Positions 25,850-40,600 of a DNA stretch of 64,000 nucleotides are shown here, piece after piece. The DNA lies in contig CM120643.1 in the NCBI GenBank assembly GCA_051362555.1, forward strand, positions 9,486,001-9,550,000, given 5' to 3'. How positions within the stretch are numbered: the first letter of the stretch is position 1; the number at the start of each line of letters is the position of its first letter. The position numbers and the translations under genes were made by a program. The notes beneath the pieces are model-generated. The model was not told the DNA's origin. It did no database searches and was given only the letters and a program-made list of their open reading frames with translations. The DNA is from Lingula anatina (lineage: Eukaryota > Animalia > Brachiopoda).

Positions 25850-28800
25850 ATGAATTTACATGAATTTATCTATGTAATAATTTTTGCTTTTGTGAGTATC
25901 ATTCTTCCAATTAATGTTTAACACGCAGAGCTGTATTTGTAAACTTTCGCTCTAACATCTTCCTTAATTCGGTTTATAATACTTTGGTTCCTTTAGCTTG
26001 GCTTGAAGTTCAGTTTAGACTAGTTGAACTTGGAACTGAGAATTTCATATTGCAGTTACTAGTCGTTGGAAAGAGAAGTGATTTGATGTTTTATAGTGAT
26101 CAATGCAAATATCCATATACAAGAAAAATGTCACCCCTTTTTAGACTGACGAAGGTGCTACATTATGTATGCACACAAGAGCACGAAACTCATGCGTTAA
26201 CACTCCTGTTGACGATTTTGATATCTACACTGTACTACCACATGAATGCTAAGGCTTCAAAAAGTTTAAAATAAAGACCAGTTGCAGAGCCAGCCAGGGT
26301 GTGGGAGCTCTTAAATTTTTATCTTACCTTTCATCTCAACTCACACCTTCCTGTAAAGTCAACCGGTTTTCCCATCAACAGTAGCTGTTATTGAAGTAAT
26401 AAACAAATGTAAAATTGTTCAAGAGATATTAAAATTGTCATAAGGAATGCAAATGTATGTATACTGTGCTAATCATACACATACCAGAACTAGTACACGT
26501 ACATGTGTAGTATCTGCCTTTTATTATAAATTATATACATGTATCACAAATCTAGTTCATTTAGTTAGTGTTGACTATATTAAAGATGATATTTCTCCAG
26601 CTCCTGGAAGGTGGTAATTTATTTATTTATTTCTCCAGCTCCTGGAAGGTGGTAATTCTCTCCGAAAGAGCATTGATAACCTAAATCCAGTAGAAAGAGG
26701 TGAAAGAGCAGACCAGAAAGTTGACGTTGACATAAATGCAGAAAAATCATGTTCAAGGGAAAGGTCAAAGATTGTTAGAGATATTTTTCAAAAAGTAGGT
26801 GCCTCTATAATTCTAAGCCAAAGGCCTGTTTCACAAAAGAGCTTTGGGAAACTTCATCTGATGCTGTTTGGTATGTGAAATAATAAAAAAAATATACAGT
26901 ATATATCTAACATTAAAACTACCAGACAGGTTGCCATATTAACCACTTAACGATGATAATTTTAATGAATATTTAATTTTATTGCTTATGGATGTATATA
27001 CGTTGAGTTCATATAAAATCTCTATTTGAAATTTCCAGCAAATTCTTCCATTTTACGAAGACCTCTCCCCAGATGGCCAAGTGCTTGAGGTGCCGCGTGG
27101 GTGCCCCTTTAACCAGCTTAGAGACATGTATGGAGCACAGGAGAGGCACAAGACTTTCGAATATCCGTCCAGATGGGTGTGTGAATACTGTGGAAAAGCT
27201 TTTTCCAGTGAATACTTTTTGGATTTGCATTTTGATAATAGGCATAAGGAGGGGGTAAGCCAGGTGAGATGCTCTTTAGAGCTCTAGCTGTTTTGTAAAA
27301 TATTGATTTGAATTTATTTTCTTGTGCATCCAAGTGTGCAGAAGCAGAGTGTTAAACAAGGTGAAAATATTCATTTTGAAATGTTCTGAAATATATGTTT
27401 GAGATGAATTGTAAATATATGAAAAATTAAATGATATGAATAAGAAATTAGATCTACAATGACATATTGGTAAGAAATATTTTTTTTAATTCCCTGCAAT
27501 AGGAGAAAGATCGAACTTGCCTGGCTGACTACTGTGATATATTTAGATGTGATATCGTCTCTGGTGCTAGAAAGCTAGGCTACTGGGACAAAGCTCTTTG
27601 TAAACCAAGCGACTGGTCCCCTATTTATGACAAGTGTGAGGTAAGTGTTGGCTGCTCTTGTCATGATAATATATTATAATTATTGACTTAGACCTGTTCC
27701 CATACCTAGATCGATCTAGCAGGACCAACTCATCTCAGAGGGGTTCCTTGCTAAATTGCATTCAGTTTGAGTGGCTCTGATGTCTAGCACACCTACTGAA
27801 GCTGTTAGGGGGTTAACTATCCTTTAGCAGCTTCAGTAGGCATGCCAGACATCTAAGCTGCTTAAACTGAGTGCAATTTAGCTAGAAATCCTTCAGAGAT
27901 GGGTTGATCCTGCTAGGTCAATCTAGGTATGGGAATGGGGTCTTAACTGTAAACTTGTGGTATATCAACTAACAACTGGCCAATAAATAAGGTCAGAGGG
28001 TAGATTAAACTTTATTAAAATAATAATAATAATAATATTTATTTATAGTCTAAAATCCATATATAAAATGTTCAGTAGACTTCACATGGGTAAAATGAAC
28101 AGAATCAGATAACTAAAATAAATGAAAAGGTAGTAAAAATAATAAGATATGAACTAAAGATGTGAACTTAAATGTAATTGAATTGATAAGATATCAAAAA
28201 TAAACTGTACAGTGTAAAAGACAACAGCCAGTCAAATCAATTGTAAATTGTAAAAGGTAAGATTAGTAAGATTTTTTGTTAACTTAAAATTAATGTTGAT
28301 CATCTGTTAATGAATAAAACTTTATATACATTTATCAAATGTAAAAAATAGTAAGGTATTGAAATTGTATGTGAAAATCTGCTAGTTTTTCCCTGCATAT
28401 ATTTACAGGCAGCAATGAAAACGTGTGTTCCCCTTGGAATAAAGGATGCCATCGCTGAAATATTTTACGGTATGATAATGTTTTTTATCCTTTTACTTGC
28501 ACTTTTGAAAGCAATCTATTTTGCTCAGAGCAACCAAGTTGAAAATATGCTTGTTGCAGGTAAAGTCAACCTGATGATTTTTTGAAATGACTTATCTTGA
28601 AAATATACTCCAGCTTTATACGTTTTGTTGAGTTTTGCTTCAGTTGGCAAAATTTCTAGACATATGCACATATGCACAATTTAATGAAAGCATACAAGTT
28701 AAAGAACTTTTATTTTTCTTCTGTAAAAGAATTTTTTTAAATAATTTGTTACAGAGGGCTTAACAGAAAATGTGTGTGCTTATCTGACATGTGAAAAATT

Positions 28801-30192
28801 CTGGTCTCTGCCTGAAGAATCAGTGGTAAGATAAGCCTAAGGGCATATTCCCATAGATTTTAGATCGATCTTTCCCCGTGGGGAGTCTCACTAGATTACT
28901 GTCAGATAATCCGACTTAAATGTCCGTCCTGCCTACTACAAGCTGTAAGGCGGTAATTAACTTTCGTGCCAGATCAGCTGACAGCTATTTAGCGTGAACC
29001 CCCAGGGAGTTAGGTTGTTCTAGTTTGGATCGATCTAATCTCTGGGAATGGGGTCTAAGATATGAAGAAAAATAGTATGTCCATAATAATAGAAAGAGAT
29101 TTCTGACATTAAAAATATTTTACTGAAAATTGTGTATTTTAATTTTTTTTTCCAATTGTTTAAGAAAATTTCCACATCATTATAATCATTCCATATGCAA
29201 GATACAGAGCTGATATAATGTTCCGTTTGTTGCATTTGTGTTTAGCACAAATTAAAGCCATAACATCATAAAAAACACTTCCCTCTCTGGTGTTGTTTTT
29301 CACCTTCATAAATTCGATAATTTTGATTGAAGTACAAACACACTAAGGGAGCATTCCCATAACCGTAACTTACTAGCTGGATCGATCCAACTCCTTGGGG
29401 ATTCTCGCTAAAATTGCATTCAGTTTGAGCGGGTTAAAAGTCTGGCACGCCCCTTGTAACTTAAAGTACTTGGGTAAAGTCGCTGAAAAATTTGTGGTCC
29501 ATGATGTTGTTTATGTTGCTTTGTGAGGGGGCATCCCAGACAGTTACTGTAAGCTGAAGACATTGACTGCGCCTTAGCGAGAATCTCTACCGAGATAGAT
29601 AGATCCTGCTAGTACCATGAGGTTATGGGAATGAAGTCTTAGTCCTTTAATTTTACTTTATTAATAATGAGTTAGCTATTATGTTCCAGGACAATTCGGT
29701 GCAGATTGTAGCCTATGTCTTCCTGGGGTCTTTCCTCATTGTAGCTGTACTTTTCTATTACTATGTTGTTTATACACATTATTAGTAAGTATGATTTTTA
29801 AAAAATATTTTTGTCAAAGTGATTAGATGTAAATTCATTTTTTTTTTTTTTTTTTGGTGATGATTATTATAAGTGGGTATGGTGAACTTCTATATCAGTA
29901 TGTTAAAAAATGTAAGCTTGCTATTTATGTCAAATTTTAATTGATTTTTTTCTTTTGGCTGGTGAAATAGTAATAAGGTCTTAGTTGTTATTAGTAACTG
30001 GTTCTTTTTTTAATTGAATTCGAATTAGACTGTAAACTTAAAAGAAAGTTTTCTTTTTTCTACAGCACTGATGAATCTCTAGTGGAATATTTCCAAAAGT
30101 TTAAAACTGATGAGGAACACAAAGGAAGATCTCAAATGCCTGAAGGACAAGAAATTAGACACCGTCATGTAAACTGTAAACATAGGAGTTGA
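25850..30192 (+). CDS. 8-exon gene for a ~300-aa type I membrane protein: signal peptide, Cys-rich luminal domain with one C2H2 finger, C-terminal TM
   Basis: Exons 25850-25891, 26639-26794, 27039-27254/27263, 27503-27640, 28409-28469, 28755-28825, 29690-29784 and 30066-30192, all GT-AG and phase consistent. MNLHEFIYVIIFAFLLEGGNS...CSRERSKIVR...CPF...DMYGAQERHK...WVCEYCGKAFSSEYFLDLHFDNRH...CLADYCDIFRC...VCAYLTC...IVAYVFLGSFLIVAVLFYYYVVY...EIRHRHVNCKHRS*. Confidence 0.88.
27691..27942. mobile_element. Palindromic MITE, TTA TSD (intron 4 of the C2H2/TM gene)
   Basis: TTA|GACCTGTTCCCATACC...GGTATGGGAATGGGGTC|TTA. Confidence 0.8.
28841..29055. mobile_element. Palindromic MITE, TAA TSD (intron 6)
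   Basis: TAA|GGGCATATTCCCATAGA...TCTGGGAATGGGGTC|TAA; inverted relative to the 4171 and 6620 copies. Confidence 0.75.
29347..29638. mobile_element. Palindromic MITE, related family (intron 6)
   Basis: cattcccataacc ... ggttatgggaatg termini with TAA/TTA flanks. Confidence 0.65.
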
Positions 30193-33100
30193 CAAAGACT
30201 GATCTTGATTTGTGTTTGTGGGCCTGTCCTTCGGGCTTTTTTTTTCTTTTGATATTTGTATGTTCCTGTACTCAAGGAGATGGAGATGAATTTTACACCG
30301 AATAAGTCCAAAGTGCAGTACTGTTTAAAAAATACAGAGCTAAAGTAGTTTTATTGTAGAATGATATTTTTGTATTATAGATTGTAATAGTTATATATTG
30401 TTAAGATTTGTTGAAAGCCCCACCTTTGTTTCACAAATAAATAAATCTGCATGCACATTATGTGAGCAAATTGACGGTTATATTATTGTTCTGGCAGCAG
30501 ATTCAAAAACAATGACTACAAAATGGTTACCTTGATAAACCAGTTGTTAGCAGTCACCTAATTACGGCTGTGCCCATGAGACAATCACCTTATATTTTTT
30601 GAACATTTATGAGATACAGTTCCCTTCTTATCAATAAGAATACCCCAGTTGATTAGGAATCAGATTGCCAAAAACAGCAGTGAATGTAACTGCTCAGTCT
30701 GATTGGGCCATGGATTTATCACCTATCAGACAAGAGCTTTTTTCCGCATAAAATCTGCGGGATTCCTCATTTTTTGATTCAATTCTGATGGTTCCTGAGA
30801 TTTGTCAAAATCTGCAATAAAATCTGGTACAATTTTTTTTAATTCTAGGCTCATTACTGCCTGTTATTAATGGACAGAAGTGTACTAAAACTCTTTCTGT
30901 ATGGCATCTTATAATGGCACATAGGTGCAGCGTTTTAAAACTGTTTTTGTTTAAAGAAAGTTCATTTTCTTTTTAATAATTAAACTTATTAGTATTGCAT
31001 TTTTTTTTTTTTGCTATATACATAAAATTATCTCTAAAGGTCAGTCTTCAGTGTCAAATAATTTTTTGTGAAATTATAGTATTTTGTCTAATGTCAGAGA
31101 TACAGTATGTATATATTTATTGATCGGTGATATGAGACGTCTTGCGTTTTACATATCCAAGACAACACACACTAGTTGTAAGTAATCATTAAGGTATGTG
31201 GATTATAAGATACATTAACAAAATTCATTAGGGCTTTTGCATTGATTTTATAAAAATGATTTTTTTCTAAATATGTGGAGTCATCGGTACACAATCCCCC
31301 GGAGACGCGCTGTAAGGCTTATTACAGAATTGGCCACATGATGCTAATTGATTTGTGAATACTAAGTAATAAATAATAACTTAAACTGATTTTTTTACAC
31401 AACGTGTTATAGATTTTTTATGAAATTTGCGCAGTTATATGCAATTAACGGTTACTAAAAGTGATTTAATAAAACAACGCACCAAACATTTTCTTTCAGA
31501 ATTTTCAAAACTAGAAACTTGACCAATTCTTAAAATTATTTTGCTCAGTTAACAGTTCAACTATTAAATCTGTAGAGTTTACTTATGGAAAATTACTTAA
31601 GAATGTAACATACAAGACACGTCAATAAACGTGTGAAAACAAACGTCTTCATGTCCATCTATGTTTAAAGAAATAGAAAGAAAGAAAGAAGAAATTTTTG
31701 TTGCCCTGTACAGTACCGTAAGATTGAATGAAAATCCTGTCTTTTCTATCACAGTCTCGCCCCAGTTCGTTAATTCGACCGATGAAAGCTGATTTATATG
31801 CCCAGTCAAGTGTGATGACCTCGAAAGTGCGTTTTTATTTTCATTTCTTTATTTCCGTTGTGCGTGTGTATGTCATTATGACTTTATCAACCCCTTATCT
31901 TCTTTTCGACATGAAGACTTACAGGTATTGTGCCTTCTCATAAAATAGACTATAATTCAAACCGAGGCGTCCGCACGGAAATGAAGCCATCTCTTCATTA
32001 TTATGTAAATCAGGTGAGCGTTTTGGTGAAATGTGTTCAGGTAGGACCAAGGTCAGTAGAAGATGGAGAAGAAGGGTGTCCCGTGCCATATTACTCTTAC
32101 TGCCACATTTAGGCCGAAAAGATGACACTGAAACCGGTAGCAGCATCTCGTAAGTCCCGTACATATGATAGAAAATGTATGGTAGCATTTCTATGTTTTG
32201 CATTGACGATATTTTCCCAAAAGGTGCACTCTACTTGTTTTGTACATGTAGGCAAAATGACCATGGGGATCTCTAACTGACGTGAAGAATATTTCCTCTT
32301 AGCTTTACTTCAGTGCCTTTTGGGCACCCCTTGTTTCTGATACCATTAGCTTTCCGTGGTAGTTCAATATGGATATAAATTCTAATCGCGATTTGTTCAT
32401 AATAACGCAAGGATACTGACACGAATTACTGTAATGAGTATGTGCTGCTTTATCACATCTTTAGACATTGTTTTCTGAATGTGAATTGAAAGTTTAATTG
32501 CGATTTGTTCATTGTAACGCAGAGGACACTGACACAAATTACTGTAATGAACATGTACTGCTTTATCACATCTTTAGACACTGTTTCATGAATGTGAATT
32601 TATTCCTTTAATTCCAGTGACTCAAAGTAGCGTTTACGAAGATGCCAGGAGCGTCCAACTCAGAGACACGTTTCGTGTTCGACGAATACAACCCCACACC
32701 CATGCCAAGATTGCCTCCAATGCCGACGTTTGTCTGCTCGTTAATTTGCAGGGACGACGTTTAGTACGGAATGTTATAAGTTTGCTCTTGGTTGTAACAT
32801 TCGGCTCCAAAACGTACTGCGGTATATCAAATTAAAAGTCGAATAAAATGAGATTTTTATCTATGAAACTACTTATAGAAATTAAATCCATACTAAGCGT
32901 CCGCCCTGCATGTTGCTGGTTTGCTTCTTTTGGAAATTGTATGTTACTGTGACGTAGTACAGTACTCTTAGTCTATCTATCTTTTCGAACCTGAAACATT
33001 AGATTTGAAGTTCTCATTTAACAGAAATAATGTCTGTATAAAAATGAAAAATTGTTTGTTTTAAAATTATCATATATTAATATCCAAGAAGAGAAACGTT

Positions 33101-36100
33101 TTTATTTGTCACTGGAAATATGTGTGGGCAAATCTGCAACTTGACGCCTCGTTGTGCACTTGAAGATGTACTCCTATTTATTCTAAATTATGTTGACTTC
33201 TGGGGAGGAAAGACATTGCAACTCCATTTTGTAAATTGCATATAGGAAACCTTTAATAACATTAATCGTGTTTTCAGTCAAAAAAGAGGGAGGGATGTAA
33301 AGCTACAAAAGACACTGTTAATAAAACGTATAATGCCTTAGAAAGCCCAACATTGTGTAACGGGAAAAATGTGCCGAAAGTTACTGCAGAATTGTCCACA
33401 TATACTATAACGATCTTTTAACAATTATGAATATGGCACTGTGGCTGTGAATAAACTTCCTCTGGTTCTTGGTGTTCTCTGTGGTGGGCGGGGATCAAAA
33501 ATCTGTTTTGTGAAACAAAGTTAAACCTTGAGGTGGAGTAAATATTCCCATCCGAAGTAAAATTCATTTAATATTGCGGTAGAAAAATGGAGATCTTTGT
33601 TGCGAATATGATAAGAAAACTGTTCCTATAGTTGGCTACAAAAAAAATTTTCCCTGGATTGGGAACATAAAAAAAACGGGAAATGGACTTATTTTAGTTA
33701 TCCTTTGTCCATTAAAATGTTTCCGTAGGACTGACATTAATCATATCCTTTTGCACAAAGGTTTCATTTTCGGAAAGTCGACTTTCGTCAATTTCGTCAA
33801 TGCTGAAAAAAGAAAGTGAACAATTAAAAATTCTTAAACAAAATCTATAGAACTTTGAAAATGAGATTATAGATTTATTGTTTCAATTGTTGCACTAAAG
33901 TCCATTCTTACAGTTTGGCTAGTTATTTAAGTATTTTTACGGAATTATCATCTGAAAATGTTATAACAAAGTATTTTTATCCTCTAAACGGTTATTTCGA
34001 CATTACCAAAGTGTTTATAAACCTAAAAACTTCGTTTGGTTTGAATTTTTAAAGTGTAACACATGCTTGGTTAGATATCAGTCCTGCATGCCCATGTTTT
34101 GTTATTTGTGCTTAGTCTCTTCACTGAACACCGAGAACCAGAGTTAATTTTAAGTGAATGTGAAAAGTCACATCAAATACACTGATTTTTGTATTACCTT
34201 TTCAGTTTGGTTTGAATATTATTCTGAATTTGGCTAAGACTTGAATAATCTTGTAAACCGTCCATGTCTTTATGTCGCTCCAAATTTTCATGCTTTGCAA
34301 AAGTAAATTTTCATCCACAATTACGCAATGTATGATATCTACTTTCGGATTTAGTGCAAAGAAAACAAAATTTTAAAATAACCCATTGCCAAAACAACGA
34401 GGAATGAAGAAATTTTGGTATCTGTTCGATTTGGTGTGCAAACATCAACAAGACGACATAGGACAAGGTGGGCTTACGTGTGCGTTAGTGCACGAATGAG
34501 GCTAACAGCAGGTTATATGCATTTTAAAAATTGTTACAACCTCTGAATTTGGACAGAAATGTTTTTGATGGAATTCGATGAAGACAAAGCACTAATGTCA
34601 ACATCGACAAAAAGTTGCAAGTCCAATTTGTTTTAAAAAATTCATTTTTTCTACCATCAGTTCTTGCCAGTCTTTCAAATGTTATATTCTTGAACTTTTT
34701 ATCATAAATCAATATTTTCTTTCTTTTAGTAACAATTTTCAAAATGCATAAAAAATTCGACTTGTTTTATTTACAGATAACTATACCGTCTTTTTTCTGC
34801 TTGTTATATTTCATTTTAATTTAGAGCACAAAATGTTATATTTTCTTTTTGTAAAAAAATTATGCTGTAAATCATTTTGACAATAATAAATGTACAAATG
34901 CTTACTTAGTTCAAAACTTGCAAAAAGAATTTCTTTCACCACTAGCTCATCCCGATCCCTTCATCTTCTGCTTACTGTTCTGCCGTCTTATCCACTGAGC
35001 CACTGCCTCGACTTACTTCTTGCATGATCGTAGGACCTTCTTGTCGCAATTTAAATCACTTATTTGAAATTTTTTTGTAAAAGGTAATTTGCTGGGACCT
35101 AGAAGCGCCAGGTTTCGAACCCAAGCTTGCTGTGTCCGAGTTGCGCGTGCTATCCACTCTCCCAAGTGTTCCCGCCCACCCACCCCTGGTAGACTTTCCT
35201 TTTATAGTAACTAAAGGGAATTTTGAAAAGTACCTCTGGAAAAAAATTACTATGTTCCAAGTACCCGAATCGAACCCCCACCCTTACAGTTCCGACCCAA
35301 AGAAAACGCTAAGTCATTTTGCATATAATTGTAAAGTATTTTATTTCGAGCAAAATAATCTGCCACATATTTTCAAACATCCACTTGTTAAAAAGTTTTT
35401 AAAAATATTTTAATCACAATAAATTTTGAATTCAGAAATGTAAAACAAAAATATTGATATCTGCATTAAGACTTGCTCAAGTTTGACTGATATGTAAACT
35501 ATCTAACGAACTACTTGGCTAATATTTGATCTCAGTTAAAGAATCAGATTTTTAAAATTCATTTTAACAAAAACAACGGCAGATCTAGTACCTGTCTCAA
35601 CCCACACCACCGCAATAAAAAAATGGAAAGAAACTCACTCTGATATGATGATTTTAAGAGTTACAAAAATATTCCAAACTGCCAAGAATTTCAAAATGTG
35701 ACACCCTTTCAAAATACTTTGTATCTGCCATTGTTTTTATTTCATTTTAACCATAAGGCCATATGGCCTTTTTTCTACATTTAATACGACATAAAAGTCC
35801 AACAGTAATTGTTTGTAAAGAAAAAAATAAGTTGTTTTGTAAAAAAATATCACAAGCCGTTTCTGAAATAAATTTCAACATTTAACAGCAACCGATACAT
35901 GTACGTTCAAATACTTTACAAGAGATACACTTCAATGGTGAATTCAATAGAGACAATATTGCAAAAAAATTGATCCAAGTACTCCAAATTGAATTTTTTA
36001 CAGGATATGACTTTTTCTACATTTGATTCTACATATAACTCAGACAGTTATTGCTTGGAAGGAAAAAAAATTTTTACTATGTTTTGCAAAAAAAAAAAAA

Positions 36101-37000
36101 AAAAAAAATGTCACAAGGCGTTTGTGAAATAGGCCTATATTTCAACATTTAACATCAACCGATACATTCAAATACTCTACAAAAGATACACTTCAACGAG
36201 ATACACTTAAAAATCCCCTAGAGACAGTGATTATTAAAAAAAAAGCATTTTAGCAATTGCAACGTGTAATTATCAAACCTGGGCAAAATGGAGGGACAAA
36301 TCATGGTATAACTTATAACACCTTGCATTTATATTGTAAAGTCCAAACATGTGTAACAAACGGTTTTGTAACTTTCTGAACGTAAATAATGTGCTCATAC
36401 GAGATCATAAACATTTCTGCGTCTGCTGTTCGATATACCAAAGATGGTGCCGAAATAGAATTGTAAAAAAAGCAGCAGTTTTGAAAATGGGACAATTTGG
36501 GTCACATGACTGTTCCCTTCATATTTATGCAAAAGTGAGATCTAATCTGGTCAACAAATTAATGTCACAAATGCAAGCCGTAATTAACAAATTATTACAA
36601 AAAATATTGCACATTCTACTCACCTTAACTTAAAAAATAGGTCATACCAGTTGAACAAATTTACATAAATAACAAAAACCGTTTAATATATCCAAGTTCT
36701 TTTTATAAAGTTTTTAAGGTAGACTCTGACTAGCCAAATCAGTTTGCAACTACATACATACTCCATTACTTAAACAAAAGGATCGATTGTGGTCCGTAAA
36801 AATGGCACTTTTCACTCAACAAGACAGCAAGTTTTCAAGCTTCAAAAGATTATACAGATACGAGTTTTAAGTAACAAGATTTTGAGTCATCCTTGCTATG
36901 GAGACAAAGATTTTCACAAGTGACGATAGAATTATACAAATTTGGAACCCCAATATACAAATTTTTGGGTTATACAAATTTGGGGTTTTCTGGTCGTAGT

Positions 37001-37150
37001 TTTCGAGACAGTTTTTGGCTAAAGTAAACCTAAAAGGAAAATTGCTGATTTTTCGAGACGGTTTTTGGCTAAAGTAAACCTAAAAGGAAAATTGCTGATT
37101 TTTCGAGACGGTTTTTGGATAAAGTAAACCTAAAAGGAAAATTGCTGATT
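37001..37150. repeat. 50-bp tandem repeat x3
   Basis: tttcgagac(g/a)gtttttggctaaagtaaacctaaaaggaaaattgctgatt at 37001, 37051 and 37101. Confidence 0.9.
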
Positions 37151-37521
37151 TTTTTGCTATAATTAAGGTCTAACCCGCATTGCATGCGTTTAATTGAGAA
37201 ATTAACTCCAGGAGTTCAAAGCGAGTGAAATTATTGTTAAGTTCCGAGAGAAATGCTCCATATTTCAAAGATAAAAAATATGCAAATATTTTCTTTTGAT
37301 AGAATTTTGTCAACTAAGCATTAAATAATTCTAAAAACGGGTTTGAATTGATTATGTTTTATTTCTAAGATCAACAACTCGAAACTGCTTCAGTACGTTT
37401 TATTTCTCTCCTAAGCATTTTAAAGGACATAACATAACTCACCAAATGTGCAAAACAGAGTTTTCAAGGTAGCATTTTTTAATGCAAAGGTGAAATTGAG
37501 CTTCATATGCGAGTTTTTTCC

Positions 37522-37685
37522 TGGGGCACGTAACTCGAAAGCATCGCGTTTTGCGAATAGTGATATCACATAGAGGCTTCAATGTATTATGCAGGCTTTG
37601 TACAGGGCGATTATGGGCGAGTTATGGAATCGGGACGCTTGTGCTCGGTCGCAATGCGCGATGCTTTCGAGTTACGGGGCCATGG
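37522..37685. mobile_element. Short palindromic MITE-like element
   Basis: cgtaactcgaaagcatcgcg ... cgcgatgctttcgagttacg perfect 20-bp inverted repeat. Confidence 0.6.
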
Positions 37686-40600
37686 ACTATGAAAGTTTTC
37701 TGAATTTTTTAGCATTATATTTGCATTGAAATAAACGTCAGGTCACAACTTGCTGCCTTGCTGAAGAATACCGCAAATAGTTATACAAACGTCGCGGAGA
37801 CAAACTCATAATTGTAGTAAAACCTGTTTAAAGGCATAAGGGGAAATAAAACTAATTTTGTTACAAATGAATGGTGTAAAATATGCTGCGTTTCGACTTT
37901 TTACAAAAGGCTTAAAAATTTGGAGGTAACAAGCCATGGTAAATTGCTTTGTTCAGAGCGTTTTGATTAGACAACGTGATAATTACATAAGCCATAAATG
38001 AGAAATATTAAATTACGTTCAAACATTACTTGCAAATTGGCACTAGCAATTTGCCCCCTATGCCTTGAAAATGGCTGCTTTCATAATCTGTCACGCGAAA
38101 AGAAGTAACTATTTACTAGGTCACATACTTCAAAGGATCGAAATATTACAGATCATGGTGTCATTTGCGAAATAATGCCAAAATTAGAAAGTATATCACT
38201 AAAACTTTATCCTGTTCTTTAAATTTCAATTTTGTCAATCTTGCCGTACTACAATTATGACAGTTTTATTTAAAACCACTGACTAAATTTCAACAGTCAA
38301 AATTGTAAAGGAGCCATTCCACAAAAATTTCCCCATCTTGACCATTTCGCTTGTAAAACTTTACCGTCACTACTAATTCTACCAATGTAGTGTTAAATTC
38401 CGTGTAGTTAACATGAGGCACAACTGCAATTTTCACTGTCGTAAGGTACGTGATGAAATAAAGGAGACATGGAGGACACAAAATATCACGTGGGGAAAAT
38501 ATTGCAGGAAGGCAAATCCCAGTGTTTAACATGCTGGCATCAAAACAATTTTTAAAATGCATCAAGAATACATTAAGTTTTAGACAAATACCTAAAACCA
38601 TCGTCTTGAAACGTTAAAACTGAAATATCCATATACTTAGTATCCTGCCCGCCTGGCATCCATACCCTGGTCACTCAAAACGGAAGAAGAAGAAGTGACA
38701 TCTCATCCAACGGTTCAGGTTTCAAATGATCCATCGGGGTAGAAGGCAGGAAGAGCTAGGTGACCGCCCTTTATACTTATCGATTACCAAAATTTGACAT
38801 ACAAAATTTGATTAACAATGTGCTGAAATAGCAATGCACAGAAAACTTTTGTTTCCCGCATATTTCACAATACACTAGATTAAATTAATTAAATTAACCT
38901 TCAGACCCTTACACACCCCAAAGTAAAAATGGTATTATGTAGGTCACTGGCAATCCTTATATGGTCTACTGCATGCGGCAATCTGAGCAGTTTTTGCCAA
39001 GATTGACAAACCACACCGTTCTTGAGCGCCATCTGGAGGGGAACAGAAATGATCTTCTCTGCTGCAATCGGTAGCTTAGCAGATTGTGTGTGTGTGTGTG
39101 TGTGTGCGTGTGTGCTCGCGCGCGCACTAGCTTGTGCGTGCTTAATCTTCAGCACCTCAGAAATGGCAATAATAATGCAATTAAAACTGGCATATATACA
39201 AATAAATTTAATAGTCATTTATGAGAGTAACGCCAATAATACATGTTATCTACAAACTGTACGGGCATCAACTCTGCTAACGGTCAGCTGTCATATTTGA
39301 TCTGTTAATTATATTAATCCATCCAAAAACCGCGTAAAACGACCATAAAATACTACACCAGTCTACCATAATGTAAACATTTTTAAATGTTATTAAATCT
39401 TATTAAAATAAGATAAATCAACTCATTATTAGAATACAATTGAATGGATGGAAAGTGAATAGATAAACTATCAAAATCGGCCAAGTACTAGTATTCTGAC
39501 CGAATTCAAAAGTAAAAAATGAAAAACATGCATGCACTGTGCTGATATATATTATCATAAAACCTTCAGATAATGAAACAAAACTTCTACTAGGCTATGC
39601 AAGACTGCCTCTGAGGAAGCTTCTGTCGAGAGAGCAGCACCGCCGACTACTTTTGCAGTGACTAGGATCTTATAGCGGTTTCGGGCACAACAAAAGGATC
39701 ATGTGGATTTCGCCGATGAGACCAGATTCAACCTATACCATCGTCTTAATCAAATTAAAATTCACACACTTGCTGAAGAGACCTACGACAAATCGTGTGA
39801 CGTTCTAAAAGTGACTTAAAAAGCGATGGGAGCATAATAAGTAATTTTTTAAAGTAAATAAGTTTAATAAAACACGGCAACCAAAAGGTGAGAATAAAAT
39901 TTACAAATTAAAATAATGATCGATAAACAGGTATAATATAAGATGTGCGAATAGAACTTAATGAGATAAAAAAAGGGATAAATTAAATTAAATGAATAAA
40001 ATAAATTTGTGGTTGGGGCAGAATTAGAGATGTTGCCTACATTTCAAAACTACTTCCCACAGATAAATGTTAATAGCTTTTATATGCAGAATTAGTTGAC
40101 ATATTGTAAATGTTCGAAAAAGACAAAATGCTTTAATACCGCATTCCACGGTTTTTACATGTGTTTATAATATTTTTCTTTTGATCTTACCCTTGGCCAG
40201 ATCCATTGTTTTACTGGGAGGGGGGATGGAGGGGGGGGGGCGGGGCAAGCACACATACTAGTATGTACGGAATATATGTGTATGTATGTACGTGTATGTG
40301 GACTACTTTCTTCGGAAAATACAGGAAATCTGTAAAACCATGTACGTTTATTAGGGAGTGGGAGGGAGAAGGACTGGGGGTATCGCCGAATTAAGGATCC
40401 GACATTTCCTGCCGAAGTTAGCGCTACGTACCCCTATTACTTATAATGAGATGTTATTTATCTAGACTGTCACTCCTAGAAGCAGTTATCATTACGAACT
40501 TTTGTGGCATATTTTGAAAAAAAAAACCCATTCTGTAATATGACCTATAAAAATCGCGTAAAATAAACGTCTTTCGAAACTTCTTTCGTACTGGGTATAA

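Noticed and set aside
35095-35165. tRNA gene on the minus strand (AGTGGATAGC...GGGTTCGAAACC)
   Set aside because: A- and B-box-like motifs are present but I cannot build a convincing acceptor stem or cloverleaf; at most a decayed tRNA-derived repeat. tRNAscan-SE would settle it.
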